Source of the DNA: Clostridia bacterium | GTDB lineage: Bacteria > Bacillota > Clostridia > Oscillospirales > CAG-272 | Direction of reading: 5' to 3' | Assembly: GCA_017628755.1 (NCBI GenBank) | Contig: JAGBYM010000095.1 | Coordinates: 1-55,727 of the forward strand | Length of the DNA: 55,727 nucleotides | In this document: positions 46,051 through 55,727 of the stretch, in pieces | How positions within the stretch are numbered: position 1 is the first letter of the stretch | Layout: each line of letters opens with the position of its first letter | Translations under genes and position numbers: made by a program | The notes under the pieces: model-generated | Seen by the model: only the letters and a program-made list of their open reading frames with translations | What the model was told of the DNA's origin: nothing | The model's database searches: none

Positions 46051-47016
46051 ATGAAGATCAAGCTTTCAACAATACTTCTGACTCTCGCACTTATTGCGGG
46101 CACGCTTGCGGCTTGTTATCCCGTCACGGGTAACGACGGATACCGCACAATGCCGGTAGGCACGGGCACGGATGCTCCCGCACCGCCCGTAACCCTTGAG
46201 CCCGAATACATAACGTCGGCTCCCGAAGCAACTACCGTTCCTCCGGAAGTAACAGAAGATCCTTCGGTCACAAATCCCGAAACAACGGCAGAACAGCCCG
46301 CTATCACAACCTCTCCCGTAACCTCCGCTCCCGAAGAAACAACGTCGGAACCTCCCGAAGTTATAACCTTCGAATTTGACGTCATCGAGCAAAACGAGGA
46401 AATCGGTACCGTTGGCAAGGATAAGTGCATGAAGATCATCCGCTATCCCGCGCTTAAGGGACTTGAAAATTCGGCTGCCGAAGCAAAGATCAACAAGCTG
46501 ATTTCACAGATTTCGTCTGTCGAATATCAGAACAGACTTCCGAATGCGGGCGATCTGGTCAAGAACGGAACCTACGTAAGCTACGAGATAACCGAAACCG
46601 CAATAACCTACCTCGGTAACAACATCGTTTCTGTGCGATCACAGGGCATGATAGATTACAAGGACGACACCAAGGATGAAATCTTCGTCTACTGCAATCT
46701 CATCGATCTGTCGACCGGAAAGGATATCACGCTCAAGAAGACCTATTCCGACTTCGGAAAGATTATGACTCTTTTCACCTCCGGAAAGTTCAAACAGATC
46801 TCGGGAGACAAGACCCTGACATCGTCCATGACATACGCTCAGCTTATCGAGCAGTATAAATATTACAGTCAGTACGGCACATACCCCGAAACCTATTTCA
46901 CGAAGGACGAGCTTATAATCGTTGTGGAAACGAACTCGACAAACGGCTTCTTCGCCGAGTTCTCGATCGCGCTTTCCGAAGTCAACGACTGCCTCGTTCT
47001 GAGTCCGACAAAATAA
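46051..47016 (+). CDS. Lipoprotein with P/T/E-rich linker and PdaC/RsiV-like (DUF4163-type) domain
   Basis: Lipobox LAAC; I.YP......KIN..I and N..DL.TGK.ITL. Confidence 0.6.
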   Translation: MKIKLSTILLTLALIAGTLAACYPVTGNDGYRTMPVGTGTDAPAPPVTLEPEYITSAPEATTVPPEVTEDPSVTNPETTAEQPAITTSPVTSAPEETTSEPPEVITFEFDVIEQNEEIGTVGKDKCMKIIRYPALKGLENSAAEAKINKLISQISSVEYQNRLPNAGDLVKNGTYVSYEITETAITYLGNNIVSVRSQGMIDYKDDTKDEIFVYCNLIDLSTGKDITLKKTYSDFGKIMTLFTSGKFKQISGDKTLTSSMTYAQLIEQYKYYSQYGTYPETYFTKDELIIVVETNSTNGFFAEFSIALSEVNDCLVLSPTK

Positions 47017-47047
47017 ATCAAATAAATCAAATTAAGGAATAAAGAAA

Positions 47048-48382
47048 ATGTCAAAACCCGTAATTGCTATAGTGGGCAGACCGAACGTCGGTAAGAGCAC
47101 ACTTTTTAACAAGCTTATAGGCGAACGCCGCGCGATCGTCGAGGACACCCCCGGCGTAACCCGTGACCGTCTCTACGGCGAGACCGAATGGTGCGGCAAG
47201 AGCCTTGTTGTCATCGATACCGGAGGTATCGAGCCCAAAACAGACGATATTATCCTCGCGCAGATGCGCCTCCAGGCGGAGATCGCCATCGAGAGCGCAG
47301 ACGTCATCCTCTTTGTATGCGACGTACGCACCGGTGTTACCGCAAACGACCGCGAGATCGCCGTCATGCTCAAAAAGAGCGGCAAGCCCATCGTTCCCGT
47401 TATCAACAAATGCGACCGTGTCGGCGACCTGCCCTACGAGTTCTATGAATTCTACGAGCTCGGCTTCGACTGCGATCCCATTCCCGTTTCATCTGTTCAC
47501 GGAACCGGTACGGGTGATATGCTCGACGCCGCTATCGAGGCACTCCCCGATATGTCGGACACCGAGGAAGAAGAAACCGGAATCAAGGTTGCCGTTATCG
47601 GTAAGCCGAATGCGGGAAAATCCTCGCTTATCAACCGTATCGTCGGCGAAAAGAGACTCATCGTCTCGAACATCCCCGGCACCACTCGCGATGCCGTAGA
47701 TACCGTCGTAACCAATCAGTTCGGCACTTATACCTTCATCGACACCGCGGGAATCCGCCGTCAGGCAAAGATCAAGGATGCTGTCGAGCACTATTCCGTC
47801 CTCCGCTCTCATACCGCTGTTGACCGCGCCGACGTATGTCTTATCATGATTGACGCCGCAGAGGGTATCACCGAGCAGGACGAAAAGATCGCGGGAATTG
47901 CCCACGAAGCGGGCAGAGCCTCGATCATCGTAGTAAACAAGTGGGATTCGATCCCCGATAAGGACAATTCCACCGTCAATGAATACAACGACAAGATCCG
48001 CATAGCTCTCGGCTATATGCCCTACGCACCCATTATGTACGTTTCCGCGCTGACGGGTCAGAGAGTCACCAACCTCTTTGAGCACATCGACTACGTTTAC
48101 GGTCAGTCGGTCATGCGTATCACAACGGGTATGCTCAACGACGTACTGCGCGATGCCATGATCCGCGTACAGCCGCCGTCTGATAAGGGCAAGCGACTCA
48201 AGATCTACTATATGACCCAGATCGGAATTCAGCCGCCCACATTCGTTATCTTCTGTAACAATGCAGAGCTCTTCCATTTCTCCTATCAGAGATATATCGA
48301 AAACTGCCTGCGTAACACCTTCGGCTTCAAGGGAACACCCATCAAGCTGATCATCAGAGAAAAGGGCGACGACAAAAACTGA
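47048..48382 (+). CDS. der: Ribosome biogenesis GTPase Der
   Basis: Two G-domains (GRPNVGKS, GKPNAGKS) and a C-terminal KH-like domain. Confidence 0.97.
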   Translation: MSKPVIAIVGRPNVGKSTLFNKLIGERRAIVEDTPGVTRDRLYGETEWCGKSLVVIDTGGIEPKTDDIILAQMRLQAEIAIESADVILFVCDVRTGVTANDREIAVMLKKSGKPIVPVINKCDRVGDLPYEFYEFYELGFDCDPIPVSSVHGTGTGDMLDAAIEALPDMSDTEEEETGIKVAVIGKPNAGKSSLINRIVGEKRLIVSNIPGTTRDAVDTVVTNQFGTYTFIDTAGIRRQAKIKDAVEHYSVLRSHTAVDRADVCLIMIDAAEGITEQDEKIAGIAHEAGRASIIVVNKWDSIPDKDNSTVNEYNDKIRIALGYMPYAPIMYVSALTGQRVTNLFEHIDYVYGQSVMRITTGMLNDVLRDAMIRVQPPSDKGKRLKIYYMTQIGIQPPTFVIFCNNAELFHFSYQRYIENCLRNTFGFKGTPIKLIIREKGDDKN

Positions 48383-48405
48383 TAATTGCTAAGGAAGGAC
48401 TTGTT

Positions 48406-50548
<2,143 letters not shown>

Positions 50549-50560
50549 AGGAGACTAACC

Positions 50561-51109
50561 ATGAACATTTGGCATGACATCAACCCCGCTCTCATCACCC
50601 CCGAGGTGTTTACAACTCTCATCGAGATCCCCAAGGGAAGCAAGTGCAAGTATGAGCTTGACAAGCATACCGGTCTGCTCCGTCTTGACCGTATTCTTTA
50701 CACATCTACTCACTACCCCGCAAACTACGGTTTCATTCCCCGTACTTATGCGGATGACGGTGACCCTCTTGACGTTCTCGTTATCGGTATGGAGCCCATC
50801 TACCCCATGACCCTTATCGACGTTTACCCCATCGGCGTTATGCGAATGATCGACGGCGGCAAGCTTGACGACAAGATCATTGCCGTTGCAGTCTCCGACC
50901 CCAACTACAACAAGATCAAGACTATTGACGAGCTTCCTCCCCACATTTTCGACGAGATCATGCACTTCTTCACCGTATATAAGCAGCTTGAGAACAAGCA
51001 GACCGCAGTACGCGAGCTCTTCGGTCCCGATGAGGCAAAGAGAATCATCGCAGAAGCTATCGCAGGCTACAACAAGGATATCCTTCCCACTCTCTACCGC
51101 TATCATTAA
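50561..51109 (+). CDS. ppa: Family I inorganic pyrophosphatase
   Basis: IEIPKGS..KYE.D, YPANYGFIP.T..DDGDPLD, D.KI, F..YK.LE. Confidence 0.95.
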   Translation: MNIWHDINPALITPEVFTTLIEIPKGSKCKYELDKHTGLLRLDRILYTSTHYPANYGFIPRTYADDGDPLDVLVIGMEPIYPMTLIDVYPIGVMRMIDGGKLDDKIIAVAVSDPNYNKIKTIDELPPHIFDEIMHFFTVYKQLENKQTAVRELFGPDEAKRIIAEAIAGYNKDILPTLYRYH

Positions 51110-51116
51110 TTCTGAT

Positions 51117-51134
51117 CAATTGTAAAACTGCGTT
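51117..51134 (+). repeat. 18-bp fragment of the 145-bp repeat family
   Basis: caattgtaaaactgcgtt, identical to the first hairpin arm and loop of copy 1 read on its minus strand. Confidence 0.6.
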
Positions 51135-52454
51135 ATGAAAAAGGTCAGAATAGGCGTGCTTGGCGGTTACCGCGGCAAGACCATGATAAATTGGTGTGTC
51201 ACTAACCGCGAGCTTGCAGACGTCGTTGCGATCTGTGATATGAACCCCGACGTCCGTGAGAACGTAAGTAATATGCTTGCAAAAAGCAATTTCGAATGCA
51301 CTCTTTATGAAAAATTCGACGATTTTCTGAATCACGATATGGACGCCGTCGTCCTTGCGAACTTCGCAAACGAGCATGCGCCCTTCGCCATCAGATGCCT
51401 TGAGCGCGGACTTCACGTTTTCTCGGAGGTTCTCCCTTGCGCGAATATGAAGCAGGCGGTTGAGCTCTGCGAAGCCGTTGAAAAATACGGAAAGATCTAC
51501 GCCTACGGCGAGAATTACTGCTACTTCCCTTCAATGATCGAGATGAAGAAGGAGTACCGGCTCGGCAAGATCGGCGAATTTGAGTACGGTGAGGGCGAAT
51601 ACGTCCACGACTGCGAGAGCATCTGGCCGAGAATTACATACGGCGACCCCAAACACTGGCGAAACCAGATGAGCGCATTCTTCTACTGCACTCATTCGGC
51701 GGGTCCGATCATTCATACAACGGGTCTACGCCCCGTTTCCGTATCGGGCTTTGAGCTTCCCTACGGCAAACGCCACTTCGAAATGGGCGCGCAGAATTCG
51801 GGCGCGGCAGTCGAGATGGTAACGCTTGAAAACGGCGGTGTCTTCAAGAGCCTTCATTTTAATATCAAGGGACACAACACCTGGTACAATATGTACGGCT
51901 CAAAGGGACGCATGGAAACCGGTCGCCATGGCTTTGACAAGTACTCTATCCAATGGCTCTATCAGTGGGCAGAGCAAGAGGACAAGACCACAGATTTCGC
52001 CTTCTACCGCCCTTGTGTAGGTGGCGAACCCTATGAGGGAAGATTCGGTAAGGTCGGACAGAGAGAATACCGCGCCATCTCGGATAGAGGCTCGGATGCA
52101 AAATCCTCCTTTGGCCACGCGGGTTCTGACTACTACAGCATGGAAAACTTCGTGAAAGCTGTCTCGGGCGATGAATCGGCAGATATCATCGGAGTTTACG
52201 AGGCACTTGACATGTTCTTCGTCGGTCACTTCGGATATCTTTCGGCTCTCGACGGAAGCATACCAAAGGTGATCCCCAACTTCCGCAACAAGGAAGAGCG
52301 TGAGCCTTTCAGAAACGATACATCCTGCTCAATCCTCGCATCTGCGGGAGATATGCCTCTGCCCTTCTCCACGAAGGAGCACGATGAGATTCCTGACGAA
52401 GTTTACGAAAATATACGCGATAAATTCGAAGGCAAAAAAGAGCGCAAGCAATAA
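51135..52454 (+). CDS. Gfo/Idh/MocA family oxidoreductase
   Basis: IGVLG..RG, AICD, DAVVLAN...H, HVFSEV.P, ENYCY, Y.TH, GH.GSD. Confidence 0.85.
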   Translation: MKKVRIGVLGGYRGKTMINWCVTNRELADVVAICDMNPDVRENVSNMLAKSNFECTLYEKFDDFLNHDMDAVVLANFANEHAPFAIRCLERGLHVFSEVLPCANMKQAVELCEAVEKYGKIYAYGENYCYFPSMIEMKKEYRLGKIGEFEYGEGEYVHDCESIWPRITYGDPKHWRNQMSAFFYCTHSAGPIIHTTGLRPVSVSGFELPYGKRHFEMGAQNSGAAVEMVTLENGGVFKSLHFNIKGHNTWYNMYGSKGRMETGRHGFDKYSIQWLYQWAEQEDKTTDFAFYRPCVGGEPYEGRFGKVGQREYRAISDRGSDAKSSFGHAGSDYYSMENFVKAVSGDESADIIGVYEALDMFFVGHFGYLSALDGSIPKVIPNFRNKEEREPFRNDTSCSILASAGDMPLPFSTKEHDEIPDEVYENIRDKFEGKKERKQ

Positions 52455-52506
52455 CGTTCGGCATATCACCGGACGCACGGAATAATTTCACTTAAATAAA
52501 CCAAAT

Positions 52507-52532
52507 GAGCCGCCTGCTTTTGCAGGCGGCTC
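52507..52532. terminator. Hairpin downstream of the Gfo/Idh gene
   Basis: gagccgcctgc-tttt-gcaggcggctc. Confidence 0.6.
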
Positions 52533-52577
52533 AAAGTTTTTATCAACTTCGAAGAGTGGAGATCGCGCTCATGAACT

Positions 52578-52736
52578 CCCCTTCCCGGTTTACGGGAAGG
52601 GGGCGGGGGATGGGTCCCTATTTGCAGATACATAATTACATGGATATCAGCAAAGACTCTATCCGAAAGCAAAATTTGAGCAGAAACGAGATACCCCGCC
52701 CCGGTTTACGGGGCGGGGGCAGGGGTGGGGTCCCTA
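52578..52736 (+). repeat. Two direct 43-bp GC-rich palindromic (REP-like) repeats
   Basis: 52578-52620 and 52694-52736; stem-gttta-stem followed by G-tracts and gtcccta. Confidence 0.8.
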
Positions 52737-52790
52737 AAAAAGGGCGGAAATTCACCATAAACCAACAACTAAAACCTGTTATCGGTCACT

Positions 52791-54251
52791 TTATTTAAGT
52801 CTCTTAAGAATATCCTTCATAAGCTCCCAAAGTCTTTCGACAGAGGGGATATCGAGGCGTTCGCGGGGGGAATGAACCTCGGCGAGGTCGGGACCCATCG
52901 AAACGCAGTCGAGGCCGGAGATTCTCTCCGAGAAGATTCCGCATTCGAGTCCGCCGTGCGTGCCCGCTACGATGCCTTCCTTACCCGTAGTCTCGCGGTA
53001 AGCGTCCATAATAACGCCGCGAAGATCGCTGTCGCGCTTGTATTCCCAAGAGGGATAGTCGCCGTGAAGATCAATCGTCGCATTCGGGAAAGCGATAGAA
53101 AGAAGGTACTTGATCTTATCGACAAGATCGTTCTTCTCGGTTGCGATTGAGGAACGAACTGAATAGGAGAATCGGAGCTCGTTTTCGGTCAGCTTCAGCA
53201 CGCCCATGTTGAGCGAGGTCTGAACGAGACCTTCGAAATCGCGGCTCATTTTCTGGATATGATAGGGGAGCAGATAAAGGGTTGTAACCGCCTTCGCGCT
53301 CTCGCAGAGAATAACGCATCTTGCGGGAAGCGCACAGGGCTCTGCCTTGACAGTTACCCCACCGTCGCCCGCGGCAAGCTCGTTTTTGTAGATAGCATCG
53401 TACTTTTCTGCTTCCGCAAGAAGCTTTGCAATGTTTTCTTCATTATTATTAATAACGATTACCGCGCTCGATTCGGGGCAGATTACGTTGTCAAGCTGAC
53501 CGCCTGCCAGTTCTGCAAGACCGAAACCGATCTTCTCATAAAGCTTGGTGAGGAAACGGATGATAAGTCTGTTCGCGCTTTCGCGACCCTTGTCGATATC
53601 AACGCCCGAGTGACCACCCATGAGGCCAGAAACCGTGATCTTGTATGCTACGCTGTCGGCGGGAACTTCCTCAAAGGTAAGCGGAATAGTTGCGTTGACG
53701 CGAACACCGCCCGCACAGCAAACGGTGAATACGCCCTCTTCCTCCGAGTCGAGATTGATCATTCTCTTTGCCTTCAAATCTGAAAAGTCAAGTACCGCCG
53801 CGCCGAGAAGTCCGACCTCCTCGTCAACGGTAAATACCGCCTCGATAGGAGGATGGGGGATATCGTTAGAATCGAGAATAGCCATTGCCATTGCGACCGC
53901 GATGATGTTGTCACCGCCGAGCGAGGTTCCGCGCGCACGGAGATAGTTGCCGTCAACGTAAAGCTCGATGGGCTCGGTTGCCATATCCTTCTCGCAGTCG
54001 GGATCCTTGGCGCAGACCATGTCGAGGTGACCCTGAATGATCAAGGGCTCGGAGTTTTCATAGCCCGCGGTACCGGGCTTTTTGATTATGACGTTGTCAG
54101 CCGCGTCACGGAGATATTCAAGACCTCTCTCTTTTGCGAAATTCTCGCAGATATCGGCAATAGGCTTCATATTGCCAGAGCCGTGCGGAACGCTCGAAAG
54201 AAGCGCGAAATATTCAAATACTTTTGCGGGTTTAAGTTCGGAAATATTCAT
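52791..54251 (-). CDS. pepD: Aminoacyl-histidine dipeptidase (M20C)
   Basis: QGHLDMV, LGGDN, VDEEVG, NLDSE, GGHSG, HGGLECG, HSP.ER; ATG at 54251 with GAGG RBS. Confidence 0.92.
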   Translation of the reverse strand: MNISELKPAKVFEYFALLSSVPHGSGNMKPIADICENFAKERGLEYLRDAADNVIIKKPGTAGYENSEPLIIQGHLDMVCAKDPDCEKDMATEPIELYVDGNYLRARGTSLGGDNIIAVAMAMAILDSNDIPHPPIEAVFTVDEEVGLLGAAVLDFSDLKAKRMINLDSEEEGVFTVCCAGGVRVNATIPLTFEEVPADSVAYKITVSGLMGGHSGVDIDKGRESANRLIIRFLTKLYEKIGFGLAELAGGQLDNVICPESSAVIVINNNEENIAKLLAEAEKYDAIYKNELAAGDGGVTVKAEPCALPARCVILCESAKAVTTLYLLPYHIQKMSRDFEGLVQTSLNMGVLKLTENELRFSYSVRSSIATEKNDLVDKIKYLLSIAFPNATIDLHGDYPSWEYKRDSDLRGVIMDAYRETTGKEGIVAGTHGGLECGIFSERISGLDCVSMGPDLAEVHSPRERLDIPSVERLWELMKDILKRLK

Positions 54252-54485
54252 TTTAGTACCTCGTTTGGTAATTATATCTTTATTAATATTATACCACATT
54301 TTTTCTTCCGATTCAAGCATATATTCCCTCTTTGCGGAAATAATAGCCGTAAGAAAGTCGAACAAAATCGGTTTTGTCGGGCAGTTTTTCCCGATAACTG
54401 CAGTTCTTCCCTTGTTAATATTAATATATAAACTGCGTGAAGAACTTTGTTCTCGAAAAAATCTGCTTCGTCAAAACTGCTTCGC

Positions 54486-54596
54486 ACCTCACGGCGAATT
54501 AATTTTTGATGAATTTTGGTGGGATTTTGCGAAGCAAGGTATTAACCTTGCGAGTGAGATCACGCCGAATGGCGCGAAAATTAATCACCGTGAGGC
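54486..54596. other. Structured intergenic element (long closing stem enclosing internal hairpins)
   Basis: cctcacggcgaattaatttt ... aaaattaatcaccgtgagg; inner gcaagg-tattaa-ccttgc. Confidence 0.55.
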
Positions 54597-54645
54597 GATT
54601 AGGTTCGACTCTCTTACGGCTAACAAAAAACAGGAGCTTTAAAAA

Positions 54646-55314
54646 ATGAGCGAAGAAAATAAGTCTGAAAACGAAAACAAACTTAATGACGTGCCGGACG
54701 GCATGGTGCTTGCCGAAAACTCGCGCGAGTCAATCTACTGTATGTGCATAGTCGGGCAGATCGAGGGACATTACCTTGCGGGCGAAAATCAAAAAAGCAC
54801 CAAATACGAGCACATTCTGCCGCGTCTCGTCTCACTTGAAGAGGACGAGCACACGGACGGCGTGCTTCTCTTGCTGAACACCATGGGAGGCGACGTCGAA
54901 GCAGGACTTGCAATCGCGGAGCTGATATCAAGCATGTCGAAGCCTACGGTTTCGATCGTGCTCGGCGGCGGACATTCGATAGGAGTTCCGCTTGCCGTGG
55001 CGGCGAAAAAGTCATTTATCGTGCCGAGCGCAACAATGACGATCCACCCCGTGCGCATAAGCGGAACCGTCATCGGCGCACCGCAGACCTTCACCTACTT
55101 CCGCGATATGCAGGAGCGGATCATCAATTTCATCAGCCGAAACTCGCGCGCCGAGCCCGACACCCTGCGTCAGCTGATGATGCGCCCCGACCAGATCGCA
55201 ACCGACATCGGAAGCGTGCTTGCGGGCGAGGAAGCCGTGCGCTACGGCATAATCGACGCCATCGGCGGACTTACCGATGCACTTGAAGCGCTCAGAGGGA
55301 TGATTAAAAAATAA
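54646..55314 (+). CDS. tepA: ClpP-like protease, TepA type
   Basis: GQIEGH, KYEH..P, NT.GGDVEAGLAIAE, GGGHSIGVPLAV, TIHP.R. Confidence 0.85.
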   Translation: MSEENKSENENKLNDVPDGMVLAENSRESIYCMCIVGQIEGHYLAGENQKSTKYEHILPRLVSLEEDEHTDGVLLLLNTMGGDVEAGLAIAELISSMSKPTVSIVLGGGHSIGVPLAVAAKKSFIVPSATMTIHPVRISGTVIGAPQTFTYFRDMQERIINFISRNSRAEPDTLRQLMMRPDQIATDIGSVLAGEEAVRYGIIDAIGGLTDALEALRGMIKK

Positions 55315-55317
55315 TAC

Positions 55318-55343
55318 AAAAGCCGCATAACAGTGCGGCTTTT
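55318..55343 (+). terminator. Intrinsic terminator
   Basis: aaaagccgca/tgcggctttt. Confidence 0.8.
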
Positions 55344-55344
55344 G

Positions 55345-55373
55345 TTGACATTGGAATCTATATATGCTATAAT
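55345..55373 (+). promoter_or_regulatory. sigma-A promoter with extended -10
   Basis: TTGACA-17 nt-TATAAT with TG. Confidence 0.75.
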
Positions 55374-55379
55374 TTAACC

Positions 55380-55448
55380 AATAAAATATAATTGGGAATA
55401 TTTTATTTATGATCACCCGTTGATTCAAATAAAATATTCCTATTTTTT
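55380..55448 (+). ncRNA. Candidate ~70-nt small RNA or attenuator
   Basis: Follows the promoter directly; perfect 14-bp stem ggaatattttattt/aaataaaatattcc then tatttttt. Confidence 0.35.
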
Positions 55449-55527
55449 CGAGAAATTTTCAAAAAATGTGTGACCGCGGGCGGCAAAATGGTACTTATTA
55501 AGTGAAGGGACAAGAAAGGAGACAGCA

Positions 55528-55727
55528 ATGAAGGACGAAAAGATAATTGAAATGTTCTTATCGCGCGACGAGCGTGCGCTTGAAGAGACGACAAAAAAAT
55601 ACGGCGACCTGATCTACTACATCGCCTCAAATTTTCTCGCCCTCAAGGAGGACCGTGAAGAGTGCGTCAATGACGTCTACCTCGCACTCTGGAATTCGAT
55701 CCCGCCCACAAAGCCCGCAAGTCTTTC
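55528..55727 (+). CDS. ECF-type sigma-70 factor (3'-partial, not in the ORF track)
   Basis: Manual translation MKDEKIIEMFLSRDERALEETTKKYG..IA.N.L...EDREECVNDVYLALWNSIPP; RBS AAAGGAG. Confidence 0.85.
   Translation, partial: MKDEKIIEMFLSRDERALEETTKKYGDLIYYIASNFLALKEDREECVNDVYLALWNSIPPTKPASL

Noticed and set aside
52578-52736. Possible mini CRISPR array (also considered for 787-863)
   Set aside because: Only two 43-bp non-identical repeats with a 73-bp gap; the 11-bp array has no spacers; no cas genes in the window.

Overview
Chromosomal window from a spore-forming, roughly 50% GC Bacillota/Clostridia-type bacterium (it carries an alpha/beta SASP, a TepA-like protease, many lipoproteins and consensus sigma-A promoters). 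No rRNA, tRNA, CRISPR array, transposase or integrase was seen. Housekeeping content: tyrS, a complete shikimate operon with chorismate mutase-AroB and AroE-AroK fusions, ogg/pgeF, the DUF512-der-obgE-ppa cluster, pepD, tepA and a partial ECF sigma factor. Most notable accessory features: (1) a 7-gene operon (25457->16688) combining an RDD membrane protein, a CUT1-type ABC importer, a thermonuclease lipoprotein and a tandem OB-fold lipoprotein, a candidate extracellular nucleic-acid scavenging system resembling the mycoplasma nuclease-ABC operons; (2) a stand-alone lipoprotein carrying the ordered motif set of GT80 (PmST1-type) sialyltransferases; (3) a ClC protein lacking both central Cl- ligands; (4) a recoded duplicate of a gene 3' end next to 11-bp phased repeats, probably an integration scar; (5) several families of structured intergenic repeats with compensatory base changes. 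All family assignments come from motif recognition by eye, not from database searches.
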